59,507 nucleotides of DNA from a virus (Duplodnaviria; Caudoviricetes), in the IMG/VR virus record IMGVR_UViG_3300025098_000043, positions 1 through 59,507 of that record; one strand, given 5' to 3'. The notes beneath the pieces are model-generated. The model saw only the letters and a program-made list of their open reading frames with translations. It was not told the DNA's origin and ran no database searches. This document shows positions 1 through 9,506 of the stretch, piece by piece (positions within the stretch are counted from its first letter, which is position 1; the number at the start of each line of letters is the position of its first letter). A program made the position numbers and the translations under genes.

Positions 1-1147
1 CGTTACTCTTAATCATCAAAGCGGTTACATCTGAGCCGCTGTAAGGAGATAAAGCCGTAAGAGTTAAGTTAGGCGCTGTAGGCGTACCTGTAAATACAGG
101 GCTAGCTATTGGTGCTTTTAAAGAAATACTAGTCGCTATGGTGGTGCTGAAATTAGCATCGTCACCCAACGCTTCTGCTAATTCGTTAAGTGTGTTTAAC
201 AGAGGCGGAGCCGAATCAACTAGTCCAGCAACAGCCGTCCCTACAAAAGCTGTAGTCGCGAGCTGAGTTGTGTTTGTCCCCGCTGTTGCTGTTGGGGCTG
301 CTGGAACCCCTGTAAAAGTAGGGCTAGCTATTGGGGCTTTTAAGGCTAAAAACTGGTTTGTTTCAAGCTCTGTATAGTAGCGACTGTCTAAATCCGTACT
401 CGTTGCTGTTAAATAGTTAGGGTTTGTCGAAGGAACCCACGACGGCGTTACATCGGCGTTTGTTGCTCCAGTATAACCGATATCAGCTAACAATAACGGC
501 CTAGTAGTGACCCCCGTTACACGACCCGACGTATCAGATGTGAACGTATCTAAGACGTGCGCCCCACTAGTATTGATATTCCGCGCTGTAAACGATGTCG
601 GCAGGACGTATTTGTTGGCGTCTGTAGCTCCGGTATACCCTAAGTCAGCCAGAGTCAGCGTCCTAGTCGTGATATTAGTTACATGGCCCGCAACATCAGA
701 GGTAAATTCATCTAATACAGACGCCCCACTAGTATTAATACTACGGGACGTGTAGGTAGGGTGGACGTATTTGTTGGCCTGAGCCGCTATCCCGTCCAGC
801 TTAGTGCCGTCTACAGAGAGATCTCGACCATCTACCGTCCCACTAACCGTTATGGCGGCGAAGGTCGGAGAGTCCGTCGTATTTAAACTCTGGTTAAAAG
901 GATTAGCCGACGAGGATGACCCCGTAGACTGGTCAATAGTTAGCAGTATATTGTTGTCCTGAACCGTTATCGACGGGTCTGCCGAGCTGGTAACGGTAAG
1001 CAGAGAAGTAGGTGTGTCACTAACCGTTAAAGTTAAATCACCGCTAGCAATGGTTAACGGGGCGCTAGTGCCACTGACAGTTAGACTGTGCGTGGGGGTT
1101 TCACTAACGGTTAATCCATACTCATTCTCATTTACTGTTAAAGACAT
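1..1147 (-). CDS. Tail fibre protein 2, N-terminal part (missing from the ORF track; continues across the window junction)
   Basis: Manual translation from ATG 1147 (TAATG overlap with the upstream stop) is open to base 1: MSLTVNENEYGLTVSET...LKAPIASPTFTGVPAAPTATAGTNTTQLATTAFVGTAVAGLVDSAPPLLNTLNELAEALGDDANF, a typical phage tail-fibre repeat motif. Confidence 0.85.
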   Translation of the reverse strand, partial: MSLTVNENEYGLTVSETPTHSLTVSGTSAPLTIASGDLTLTVSDTPTSLLTVTSSADPSITVQDNNILLTIDQSTGSSSSANPFNQSLNTTDSPTFAAITVSGTVDGRDLSVDGTKLDGIAAQANKYVHPTYTSRSINTSGASVLDEFTSDVAGHVTNITTRTLTLADLGYTGATDANKYVLPTSFTARNINTSGAHVLDTFTSDTSGRVTGVTTRPLLLADIGYTGATNADVTPSWVPSTNPNYLTATSTDLDSRYYTELETNQFLALKAPIASPTFTGVPAAPTATAGTNTTQLATTAFVGTAVAGLVDSAPPLLNTLNELAEALGDDANFSTTIATSISLKAPIASPVFTGTPTAPNLTLTALSPYSGSDVTALMIKSN

Positions 1148-1506
1148 TAGAAGTCGGTGATGTTATTCTCTACTTGAAGATCCCCATAGATTAGGCGGAC
1201 TGTGTCTCCTGTAGGGTCACCGCCAGCAGCACCATCTACAATACGGAATAAATCCCACTTATAGCGGGCGTTCCCATCTAATTTTAACGTCTCTACTTTT
1301 GGTAGCTTTACCAAAACAGTGGCGGGGTTTGTGGCGTTAGTAATACTTACTGCAAACGTCGCAACAAGAGGCTTCCCCGAATCACGGCGAACTTCTGCTT
1401 TAAAAGTGTCGCCTGTCAAATTTACAGCAGGCGTTCCTGCTATCGTTAACGTAAACGAAAAATCTTCGCCGCGACCTACTGTAATGTTATGTTTTGCTGC
1501 TGCCAT
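1147..1506 (-). CDS. Putative tail-fibre adaptor / BppU-N-like virion protein
   Basis: 119 aa; I.RGEDF.F.LTI...VNLTG.T.KAEVR...KWDLF pattern; translationally coupled to the tail-fibre gene. Confidence 0.55.
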   Translation of the reverse strand: MAAAKHNITVGRGEDFSFTLTIAGTPAVNLTGDTFKAEVRRDSGKPLVATFAVSITNATNPATVLVKLPKVETLKLDGNARYKWDLFRIVDGAAGGDPTGDTVRLIYGDLQVENNITDF

Positions 1507-1807
1507 CAGTCATAGCCTTCTCTACGGCGATGACGAATCCTACATTATCGGGATCTTTTTGTCCAGCGTCCGGTTTGGCGTCCCCGCCGTTGACGACGTA
1601 AGAATGAACCGTGTCCAGATAATCATTAGCCAGAGTCACTTTTGACTGAACCCACGCTTCTGAAAGCTTAGGCGAGCCACAACCACACTGTTGCAGGAGT
1701 GCTTCAACATTAGCTTGCACATTGGAAAGCTGCTGATGAATCATCTCCAGATCCTTCTCAGCATTTTCATGCTGAGGAGAATCTTCGGATTGATAAACTT
1801 CGTTCAT
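1487..1807 (-). CDS. Hypothetical protein
   Basis: 106 aa in the late operon, overlapping both neighbours; contains AWVQSKVTLANDYLDTV. Confidence 0.6.
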   Translation of the reverse strand: MNEVYQSEDSPQHENAEKDLEMIHQQLSNVQANVEALLQQCGCGSPKLSEAWVQSKVTLANDYLDTVHSYVVNGGDAKPDAGQKDPDNVGFVIAVEKAMTDGSSKT

Positions 1808-3024
1808 TATTCGTCGCGGTAGACTTGGAGAGCAAACTGGTTAGCAGTCATATCTCCTAAACCACCTTGTTTAGCAAGTAGCTTTTTCATCTTTTCAAGC
1901 TTACCTTTATCCATGCTGGACTTAGGGTCAAACTCAGTAGCGTGGGTGTTCTTGAACAGGCCAATAGCTTCTTCAGTGTAGTCAGTTTCTGGTTCTTCTG
2001 CATCACCAGCTAAGTCGTAATCATCAGGATCATCTCCCGTAGTCCCCATCATGTCTTGCATGTCAGGATCTAGGTCGCCTCTTGTTACTGGTTTTTTAGC
2101 TTCCTCTGCCACACTAGCTTGACGCGCAGCTTCTGCTTTTAAAGCTCCTGCCATGCCTCCGTCAACCTCTGCTAGACCTTGATCAACAACTTCTTCTGCT
2201 GTAGGATCAGGGTCCCCAAAGGCCGAATCATATAATGCTTTGGCTTGCTCAGGACTTTGAATAGCTGCGTATTCCTTCAATAACTCAGGACTTTTAACAG
2301 CAGCTTTCTCAAGCTCCTTCATCTGCACGTCATTTAAACCATCACCTAAAGCGGACTCTCGTGCCTCACCTTTAGCTTGGTTCGCTGCACGTTGGGTCGC
2401 AAGACGTTCCTTCATTTGCCCTGCATCATACAAGGCTTGTTGCCCCGCCCCCATACTAGATATGGCGTCAGAAAATGCGGAACCTGCACCAAATATAGTG
2501 TCAGTAGGGCTGAGTAAACTTTTTCCAGCACGCATGAGGATATTGTCATCCTCCATATCAGCAACATAGTCTTTGGCTTCCTGACGTTTTTCTTCGTCTA
2601 GAATAAGTTTAGCCACATTAATACCTTCGCTAATAGCAGCTACTGGAGCCACATATTTACTAGCCGCTTTTCCAGCCCCCTTTAAAGCCGCGCCAGCTTT
2701 TTTCTCGAGAACTTTAGAAGCCCTACCTGCCTTAGACGCCGCAGAGGGGGTTTTAGCGGGTGTTGCTGCTGGCGTCGATGCGGGTGCTTTAGGAAGATCC
2801 GCCGCGCTTCTCACTTTAGACCCTAAACCTAAACGAGACTCAACGGCTGACGCAAAGTCCTTAGGATTCATGTTCAAGGCTTGTTGCAGTAGCTTTTTTT
2901 GAGCGGGTCCAAGATCCTGTGGACGACCCGATTGGGCTATCTGAAGAGCAGATCTCAAAGGTTTGTTAGTCGCAGCTAGGCGTTTTAGCTCTGAAATTTG
3001 AGCTGCCGTTAATAATTTTGCCAT
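1807..3024 (-). CDS. Hypothetical, probably virion-associated protein
   Basis: 405-aa Ala/Lys-rich then acidic helical ORF directly downstream of the capsid gene. Confidence 0.6.
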   Translation of the reverse strand: MAKLLTAAQISELKRLAATNKPLRSALQIAQSGRPQDLGPAQKKLLQQALNMNPKDFASAVESRLGLGSKVRSAADLPKAPASTPAATPAKTPSAASKAGRASKVLEKKAGAALKGAGKAASKYVAPVAAISEGINVAKLILDEEKRQEAKDYVADMEDDNILMRAGKSLLSPTDTIFGAGSAFSDAISSMGAGQQALYDAGQMKERLATQRAANQAKGEARESALGDGLNDVQMKELEKAAVKSPELLKEYAAIQSPEQAKALYDSAFGDPDPTAEEVVDQGLAEVDGGMAGALKAEAARQASVAEEAKKPVTRGDLDPDMQDMMGTTGDDPDDYDLAGDAEEPETDYTEEAIGLFKNTHATEFDPKSSMDKGKLEKMKKLLAKQGGLGDMTANQFALQVYRDE

Positions 3025-3039
3025 AATAATTGTTTCTGT

Positions 3040-3084
3040 AAAAAAGAACCCCGCTACCCGTTTTAGAGACAGGTAACGGGGTTC
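3040..3084 (-). terminator. Rho-independent terminator after the major capsid gene
   Basis: Minus strand reads GAACCCCGTTACCTG...CGGGTAGCGGGGTTC followed by T6, 20 nt after the capsid stop. Confidence 0.85.
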
Positions 3085-3104
3085 ATGTTAAGTGTTAGGC
3101 TATA

Positions 3105-4424
3105 TTAGGCACCTGCGGCTGCTCCGCGAAGATATACGATTACAAAACCAAACTCGGTCTTGATCGGCTTAGTAGCACTGGCGAGAACTCCACGGAAGAA
3201 ACCAATGGTTCCATCAGGGTTGGTGATCTCACTAACGATGTTCTTCCAGTCAAACTTACCACGGTAGTTAACAGGATCGAAGCTGAGTCCGTTAGAACCA
3301 CTCATTGGATTAGGAATGAGGGCTTCACAAACTTCAGGGTGAAGGACGAAAGCGGCTTCGTGAGTCGCGGTCTCATAAGCGGCATTTGGAGTAGCAACTC
3401 CAGCAGCAACAGTATAAGGCTCGACCCTCTCAAGTTTGTCAGTAGAACCATTGAAGTTATAGCGAGGAGCCATATCATCGATGAGGTGGTAGAACCCACG
3501 GAAGGACTTTTCAACACCAAGTGGTGCAATAAGATCACTTACCTTAGAGTTGTTATAGCGAATGTCATCACGGAATCCGGCTTCAGTCTGGAGCGCGTAG
3601 GACGCTTCAGAAGAAAGGACAACCGAAAATACTGGACGACCGTTCTCACGACCGTAAGCATTTGCACCAGCTCCGCCACGAACTTGCTTAAAGTAAACTT
3701 TATCCAAGATTGCGTTAGAGATGTTACCAGTGATGTCGCTACCGTCACTCCCTGCATCCACATCAAGATCGGTCAATGTAAGACCTTCTCTAGCCCCAGT
3801 AATAACTGTTCCAGCGGTCTTACAAAGGACGAGGTTGTCGGAAATAAGCTCAAACTCATCACGGTAGCGGTTCTCCCAAGTGTTACGGGTGACCTCAGTC
3901 ATGATGTTCATGATAGCGCGGAGCTGGTCCTGACGATGAGCAGCAAATCGGAGGTCTTCCAAAGAAATCTTAGGAGACTCGATAACAGCACGCTTCAATG
4001 AGTAAGGCTTCAGCTTCTTTCCGAACTGGACAAAAGAGCGGCGGTCGGTTCCGGTGGGGTTGTTGTCAGAGGCATCTTGCCCATCACCACGACCACCTTG
4101 GAAATCTTCAGCAGTACCTGCTTCTTTTGCAGCAGCTAGGTTTCCAGCAGTTTGGCCACTTCCACCAAACAAGCCGCCGAGATCAGACCAGTTTACTCCA
4201 GCAGTTCCACCACCAGCGGTAGTAGTAGCGATAGCGCGATCATATACCAAAGTCTGTTGGGTGTAACCTTGACCATCAGGGAAAGCTCCCTGCTTAGTTA
4301 GGTCCAACCAAGGAGAGGTGTGGAGGGTGCGTGAGTAGATGTCCTTGCCGATGCGGTTAGCTTCTTCAGCGAGGATTGTATTGACAGATGCGAGGCCCGT
4401 AGACCCCAAATTAAATGTAGACAT
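3105..4424 (-). CDS. Major capsid protein (likely start MSTFNLG at 4424, 439 aa)
   Basis: Sits after portal and scaffold; size fits; has its own promoter, a long leader and a downstream terminator, as expected for a highly expressed capsid gene. Confidence 0.8.
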   Translation of the reverse strand: MSTFNLGSTGLASVNTILAEEANRIGKDIYSRTLHTSPWLDLTKQGAFPDGQGYTQQTLVYDRAIATTTAGGGTAGVNWSDLGGLFGGSGQTAGNLAAAKEAGTAEDFQGGRGDGQDASDNNPTGTDRRSFVQFGKKLKPYSLKRAVIESPKISLEDLRFAAHRQDQLRAIMNIMTEVTRNTWENRYRDEFELISDNLVLCKTAGTVITGAREGLTLTDLDVDAGSDGSDITGNISNAILDKVYFKQVRGGAGANAYGRENGRPVFSVVLSSEASYALQTEAGFRDDIRYNNSKVSDLIAPLGVEKSFRGFYHLIDDMAPRYNFNGSTDKLERVEPYTVAAGVATPNAAYETATHEAAFVLHPEVCEALIPNPMSGSNGLSFDPVNYRGKFDWKNIVSEITNPDGTIGFFRGVLASATKPIKTEFGFVIVYLRGAAAGA

Positions 4425-4592
4425 TGTAATAAATAAATAAGAGTTTGCGCTTCCGGCCAACGTGGTCGGAAACTAAAGAGTTTTAGGGCGAACCTCTTAG
4501 AACTATGCAATGGCTAGAGCAACCTGAGTTTCTATGTGCTTTACCAGTCGTTTAGAACTATTTAAGGCTAGAGCAACCCAACTGATAAGCGC

Positions 4593-4620
4593 ATATTAAC
4601 ATTGTCTGGCAATCTGTCAA
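4593..4620 (-). promoter_or_regulatory. Sigma70-type promoter for the capsid gene
   Basis: Minus strand TTGACA-N16-TAATAT with a TGn extended -10, in the scaffold-capsid intergenic gap. Confidence 0.65.
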
Positions 4621-4625
4621 CGGGG

Positions 4626-5858
4626 TCACACGGCACCCAAAGCAGCCGCTACTCTTTCTTCAAAGGTACCATTTTCAGGGACGCCGGAGCTTGCTGCTGG
4701 TGCTTTCGTCTGACCAGACATCGCTGGCTCTGCATCTTCATACTCAGCAAGGCGATCAGTCAATGACTCAACTTCTTTTCTCATCTCAAGATACTGTCGA
4801 ACAACCGTTGGGAACACTTGGGCTGAGACCGCATTGTAGGCGTGGTCAACAGGATGGAGGACAGTAGGGTCAGTATCCGACGCCTTCTGCTGGATAGCGG
4901 ACATGTCAAGACCTTCGATTCCTTTAAGGAAGGGTAACTTTTGCTGGACTCTTTCGACGACATTCCTTGTAATATTCTGCCGCAATTGAGCCTGCTCTGC
5001 CGCTACGGCTGCTTGTTGTTGCTCTTCAAGGTTCTTAGCTTCCGCCAACGCCGCGTCAGCATTTTCATAAAGTTTCTCACGCCTCTTCAGGATCGGATCA
5101 ATATCTTCCATGATTCGGAAGATCCTCGCTTTATCTCGATCACTCGCATCCGGCAATAACTCACCAAGTTGTTCTTCCTGTTCTTCAGGATCGTCCAACG
5201 CTAATACATCAATCAAAGAATCAGAATCGACTTCATACTTATCCGCAATCTGGTCAGCCTGCTCGACTAGCGCCTCCAACGGCTCTGATACTATTTGTTT
5301 GTAGGCAGGAGTCTGCTCCAGATTAGTTAGAGCTTGCTGCTGTTCATATTCAGCAAGCCTTTCTTGTAGCTGCTCAACATCTCTACTCTCAGCGAGTCCG
5401 GTCAGTTCCTGAATCTTTGACTCGTATTCCTTAGACTGTTGGCGTAACTGCTCCAACTCTGACCGATTCGTCTTTAACTCAGTCTTGAGTTCTTTAAAAC
5501 GATTAGCCGCTTTAGGAGTCCACTCATCTCCGATGTCCTCAGTCAATTTTTCAATTGGGTCATTTGAGTCCTGTATCTCTGTATCCTGAACCTCTTCCGA
5601 CAATTCCTCAACAACTGGATCTTCGGCAACTGGCTCTTCAGCAACTGGCTCTTCAGCAACTGGCTCTTCAGCAACTGGATCTTCGGCAACTGGATCTTCA
5701 ATAACTGGCTCTGCGGGTTCTTGATCAAGGTTAGCGAACGCCGCTTCCAATGAGGCTTCAAAGGACGGGGGTTCAGTGGCATCAGGTAAAGCATCGATGT
5801 TAGTTGGTGCTTCTACGGCTTCAGTGGCCTCTACGGCTGATTCTACAGGTGCGTCCAT
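4626..5858 (-). CDS. Putative capsid scaffolding protein
   Basis: 410 aa, very acidic, coiled-coil, PVAE(E/D) repeats (15-bp units at ~5611-5712), located between portal and capsid. Confidence 0.7.
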   Translation of the reverse strand: MDAPVESAVEATEAVEAPTNIDALPDATEPPSFEASLEAAFANLDQEPAEPVIEDPVAEDPVAEEPVAEEPVAEEPVAEDPVVEELSEEVQDTEIQDSNDPIEKLTEDIGDEWTPKAANRFKELKTELKTNRSELEQLRQQSKEYESKIQELTGLAESRDVEQLQERLAEYEQQQALTNLEQTPAYKQIVSEPLEALVEQADQIADKYEVDSDSLIDVLALDDPEEQEEQLGELLPDASDRDKARIFRIMEDIDPILKRREKLYENADAALAEAKNLEEQQQAAVAAEQAQLRQNITRNVVERVQQKLPFLKGIEGLDMSAIQQKASDTDPTVLHPVDHAYNAVSAQVFPTVVRQYLEMRKEVESLTDRLAEYEDAEPAMSGQTKAPAASSGVPENGTFEERVAAALGAV

Positions 5859-6139
5859 TCGTCTGGTTGGTTAGTTTTGGTAGTGGAGGGCTGATGAGTC
5901 AGCTTCTCCAGATCATTAAAGGCGTCTCTGTAGCCCGCATACCAAGCCAGTTTATGGCTGTTTGCTTGCGGGTCTGCGTCCAACGACGTAACCGTTGGGC
6001 CAGATGCCTCTTTTAAAATTGCGATAGCTTGCTGCAAGGCAGGGTCGTCAATAATTTCCCGTAGCCTCGTAACAGACTTCAAATCGTTGAACCAACGCTC
6101 CAACTTAATTGGAACTGTGGCTTTCTTTTTAACTGGCAT
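5843..6139 (-). CDS. Small hypothetical head-module protein
   Basis: 98 aa, coupled to the portal stop (TAATG); typical small ORF between portal and scaffold. Confidence 0.6.
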   Translation of the reverse strand: MPVKKKATVPIKLERWFNDLKSVTRLREIIDDPALQQAIAILKEASGPTVTSLDADPQANSHKLAWYAGYRDAFNDLEKLTHQPSTTKTNQPDEWTHL

Positions 6140-8361
6140 TATTCTTGTTCGCGAAACTTCAAGGCGGCTTCGGCATCGCGGATCGCTTGCTCTTGGTCGA
6201 ACTTCTTCTGCTTAATAGCCATCTCAAGTTCAGCCTTCTGCTGCGTAATCTGCATATCGACTTGCGCCTTCTGTAGCTTCATATCTACCTCAGACGCTTG
6301 GGGTTGTCCACCCCCTTCTTGAGAAATTTGCTGCTGCTCTCTCTGGATCTTCTCCAACGCCTTCATGGTGTTGTTGATCGCTTCTTCAGCGTATTGGAGA
6401 ATCTGTTTCGCGTTGGACACTACGGCCTGTAGTGCCGGATCGCCAGCGGCATATTGGGCGGTCTCAGAAATATGCTGATAAAGTGCCTGCAATGCCGGAA
6501 GAACCTGTTGTGGATCAGCTTGCCCTTCGTTGATCGATTGCATGAACTGCTGCAACAACGGAACGTGTAGCTGCAAGTGCTGCCCATGCATCTCGCTAGA
6601 GACAACTGGAACTTGCTGCCCTTGCTGCAACTGCTGGTTCTCAAGATAAGCAATCTTGGTATCTACCGTTTTCCGGTCGTCTTCTTGCGCCGGAACGTAG
6701 CGATCCGCGAGGTCGTGACCGACACGAGTGCTAACGATGTCACGAGTAAGGTTGCGGCGACCAACGTCGTCGAATTGGCCACTAATTCCTTGAAGCTCGC
6801 GAAGCGAGACGAGTCTGTTTGCGTGCGATCCATTACCAATGGAACGAACTGCTTTGGTCTGTGCGACATCTAATTTCTTAATAAATTCTTTTTCCACGCC
6901 TCGCTTCTCACAACGGTCGAAGAAATCTTTAATCGCCGCATCAGGCCGCTTGACCTGAACAATACGGCGGACCATCTCGCGCATAAGGCGAGTCCAACTT
7001 GAGTAGAAGAGGTTTAGCGTTGAACCACTAATCCGTGTAGCCACATCCATGTCCGCTACAACCTGCATCTTATTCTTGTATGGCGAAGTCTGATTCGGCC
7101 CATACGGAGACATCGTGTCGGTGTTTAGATTTAACTGTTGCGTCAAATCCTGTAAGGCTGGTTGGACAGCTGTTCCTAAGTTCGGAATAGCCTTCTCAAC
7201 AATCTTTACGTTAGGTGACATTACGGCATACGCGCCATAGAAAGTAAAGCTGAGTTCATCCAACGAACGCTGGTTCTCAGGCTGTATCATCACAGCCGAC
7301 GCCAACATCGCGCCGTCGATCTGCTGACAACGAAGCCTGTTACTAGTCTGAATATGAGCAAAGATCCGCTGGCCGAGTCCTCTGATCGAATGATAAGTGC
7401 CGTTACTACCCACTCCATAAGTGAAGAAGATATACGCCTGTTCAGGTGTATCGTAGCGACTGACCTTCTTGTAGAGGAAATCTTTAGGACTAGACTCAGC
7501 GGAGATATAGTGACTTACACTACCATCGATCTCGCGCACCCAGTAGTGCAGCACGTCAACGGTGGGATTCTGAATGCCAGTGTAGAGATCATTGTTTTTT
7601 ATCTCTGCCTGCAACGATTCATAATCAGAGTAGTTATTGCCAGACGTATAAGAACGCCCCGAAGTCTTGACGTTCTCCATCATGACTCTTTTTACTTCCT
7701 CTACGTTCCAGCCGACCGCCTTAGCGGCCTTCTCGTTCTTAATGAAGTGATATAACTCGTGTAGTTGATACTGGCGGCGACCGACAGCTATATCGATACC
7801 ATTTTCTGAAGCAGTTGATTGACGTGGAATAAGTATGTCCGCGAAACCGCCGACACGGAACTTCCAGTCTTCCGGCGAGTCGAAGTAAGCAATACCAACT
7901 CCGTGCTTAATAAACTGTGTGCAAAGGCGAAGGTAACTGCTGTGAAACTCTGGCCAGCGGCGAAAGAGGTTTGTAAGCTCCTCCGCTACGATGTCCTCCT
8001 TTGGCCCCTGCTCGCTTCTCTCGCCCGTTGCAGCCTTTACCTCCACCAGCTTCTCCAAAGAGCTGTATAGGTCAACGTAGGCCGAAAGAGAGATGTCTAA
8101 CAAACGCTGCGCCTCGCCGAAGTTCAAGTTGGTCTTGAGTCCCTGACCACTAGAAGCTAATTGTGATTGACTGTAAGGCGCAACACCGTCGAACATACTG
8201 TCGATCCGAGAACGGTTAACAGCAGACTTTTCATCAGCGCGGAGCAAAGTTGCAAAGATACCAACAGCAGCTTTTACATCCTTGAGACGTGTTTCAACAG
8301 GTTTACCCTTTTCATCAAGGCTCCCTAAGTCGAGGCCGTCTAAGTCAATTAAGTTTGACAT
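6139..8361 (-). CDS. Portal protein (likely start MSNLIDL at 8361, 740 aa)
   Basis: First gene of the head operon; size and the Gln-rich helical C-terminus resemble P22-like portal barrels. Confidence 0.75.
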   Translation of the reverse strand: MSNLIDLDGLDLGSLDEKGKPVETRLKDVKAAVGIFATLLRADEKSAVNRSRIDSMFDGVAPYSQSQLASSGQGLKTNLNFGEAQRLLDISLSAYVDLYSSLEKLVEVKAATGERSEQGPKEDIVAEELTNLFRRWPEFHSSYLRLCTQFIKHGVGIAYFDSPEDWKFRVGGFADILIPRQSTASENGIDIAVGRRQYQLHELYHFIKNEKAAKAVGWNVEEVKRVMMENVKTSGRSYTSGNNYSDYESLQAEIKNNDLYTGIQNPTVDVLHYWVREIDGSVSHYISAESSPKDFLYKKVSRYDTPEQAYIFFTYGVGSNGTYHSIRGLGQRIFAHIQTSNRLRCQQIDGAMLASAVMIQPENQRSLDELSFTFYGAYAVMSPNVKIVEKAIPNLGTAVQPALQDLTQQLNLNTDTMSPYGPNQTSPYKNKMQVVADMDVATRISGSTLNLFYSSWTRLMREMVRRIVQVKRPDAAIKDFFDRCEKRGVEKEFIKKLDVAQTKAVRSIGNGSHANRLVSLRELQGISGQFDDVGRRNLTRDIVSTRVGHDLADRYVPAQEDDRKTVDTKIAYLENQQLQQGQQVPVVSSEMHGQHLQLHVPLLQQFMQSINEGQADPQQVLPALQALYQHISETAQYAAGDPALQAVVSNAKQILQYAEEAINNTMKALEKIQREQQQISQEGGGQPQASEVDMKLQKAQVDMQITQQKAELEMAIKQKKFDQEQAIRDAEAALKFREQE

Positions 8362-8369
8362 ACTTGGCG

Positions 8370-8397
8370 AGTATATTGAATTGACAGGCAATGTCAA
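8370..8397 (-). promoter_or_regulatory. Sigma70-type promoter for the portal operon (near-leaderless)
   Basis: TTGACA-N16-TATACT ending 8 nt before ATG 8361. Confidence 0.7.
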
Positions 8398-8825
8398 TCA
8401 TTTGGGTATGCTACCTCCATGATCTTCTCCATGCGGACCCAATGTCGTCTGCCGTCCTCGGTAGATATCCTAACATATTCTTTGCGTCCTATGTCTTTAG
8501 TCTCCACAAGAAATGGATTATTACGATACTTTCTGGGTGTCTTACGGTATTTCCAGACCGCGCCATACGGAGTCACTTTGTAGTCAGGATAACCCTTTAC
8601 AACCTTCATCTCTTCATCCGGTAACCCATGCACCGAAAACTTTAACTCGTCATGAGCAATTTGGCGGTATTTACCGTCATCACACGTCACAGATGACCAG
8701 TAGCGATGGTTTCGTATCCTCCGAGACATCGGTTTTCCTGACTTCATACTATGTATATAGCCTTCCGGTGATAGCGCGTAATTAGACGCGCCCTCTATCT
8801 GTTTCCATCCTTTCGGTATCTTCAT
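8394..8825 (-). CDS. Tandem NUMOD4-like domain protein (no recognisable HNH domain)
   Basis: Two repeats, WKQIEGASNYALSPEGYIHS and MKVVKGYPDYKVTPYGAVWK, match the NUMOD4 pattern WK.I.G...Y.VS..G.V.S. Confidence 0.6.
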   Translation of the reverse strand: MKIPKGWKQIEGASNYALSPEGYIHSMKSGKPMSRRIRNHRYWSSVTCDDGKYRQIAHDELKFSVHGLPDEEMKVVKGYPDYKVTPYGAVWKYRKTPRKYRNNPFLVETKDIGRKEYVRISTEDGRRHWVRMEKIMEVAYPND

Positions 8826-8860
8826 GTGTATAATACGTTAGTAACTCCAGAGGGCAGAAA

Positions 8861-8934
8861 AAAAACTTTTCTGTCTTACCCTTAGTTCTATAATATATAT
8901 ATTATAGAACTAACGGTCTAGGAAAAAAGTTTTT
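8861..8934. repeat. 74-bp nested palindrome, copy 1
   Basis: AAAAACTTTT-N11-TTAGTTCTATAATATATATATTATAGAACTAA-N11-AAAAGTTTTT; perfect 32-bp core at 8882-8913. Confidence 0.95.
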
Positions 8935-9190
8935 ATTTTGACTTTCTGCTCCGGCTCTCTGCTCGTTTACGTAATATCCTAGACTTGTTTTTCTTGTAAT
9001 ACTCTCTGTTGTAGTCACTTAACTGCTTTTTGTATGAATAAAACTGACTAGGCTCCAGTTCCTCCATAATCTCAAAAGCCCGCTCTCTCCGACTTTTTGT
9101 CCGCTCATAATAGTCGTTTTGGTATCTTAGACGCTCTTTTCGATGTTTCTGGTAATACTCTTTTTTCTTCTTCGGGTCGTATTCCGGCAT
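8933..9190 (-). CDS. Small basic hypothetical protein
   Basis: 85 aa, K/R/Y-rich (EYYQKH, DYYERT, EYYKKN repeats); preceded by a promoter-like sequence. Confidence 0.65.
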   Translation of the reverse strand: MPEYDPKKKKEYYQKHRKERLRYQNDYYERTKSRRERAFEIMEELEPSQFYSYKKQLSDYNREYYKKNKSRILRKRAESRSRKSK

Positions 9191-9196
9191 GCCTAT

Positions 9197-9224
9197 ATCC
9201 TACTAAACGAAGCACCATCGTCAA
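9197..9224 (-). promoter_or_regulatory. Sigma70-type promoter, leaderless transcript
   Basis: TTGACG-N16-TAGGAT ending 6 nt before ATG 9190. Confidence 0.55.
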
Positions 9225-9506
9225 TTTTTTTCTAAATAGACATATGTACACGGCGCGCCGCGAAAAAAAAAGCCGACCCCACCCGTGGCGTATATCTACT
9301 TCGCGCGCGACTATTAATAATGAACCCCGAATCACGAGCCACGAATCAAGAATAGCGTTACGGGAATCAGGATTCACCCTTCGGATTAAAGGCTTAGGCG
9401 AAGGGGGGCTGTCTGGATCAATAACCCTTGTAGGTATAAGGAAAAAGATCGTTGTCTCCCAGAAAAGGTGAAGGGCAACACTGCCCGAAACAATAAAACC
9501 AATACA

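Noticed and set aside
9097-9471. ORFs 9097..9471 (+) and 9105..9377 (-) across the divergent region
   Set aside because: They overlap a better-supported gene and promoter, have implausible composition, and the region looks regulatory.
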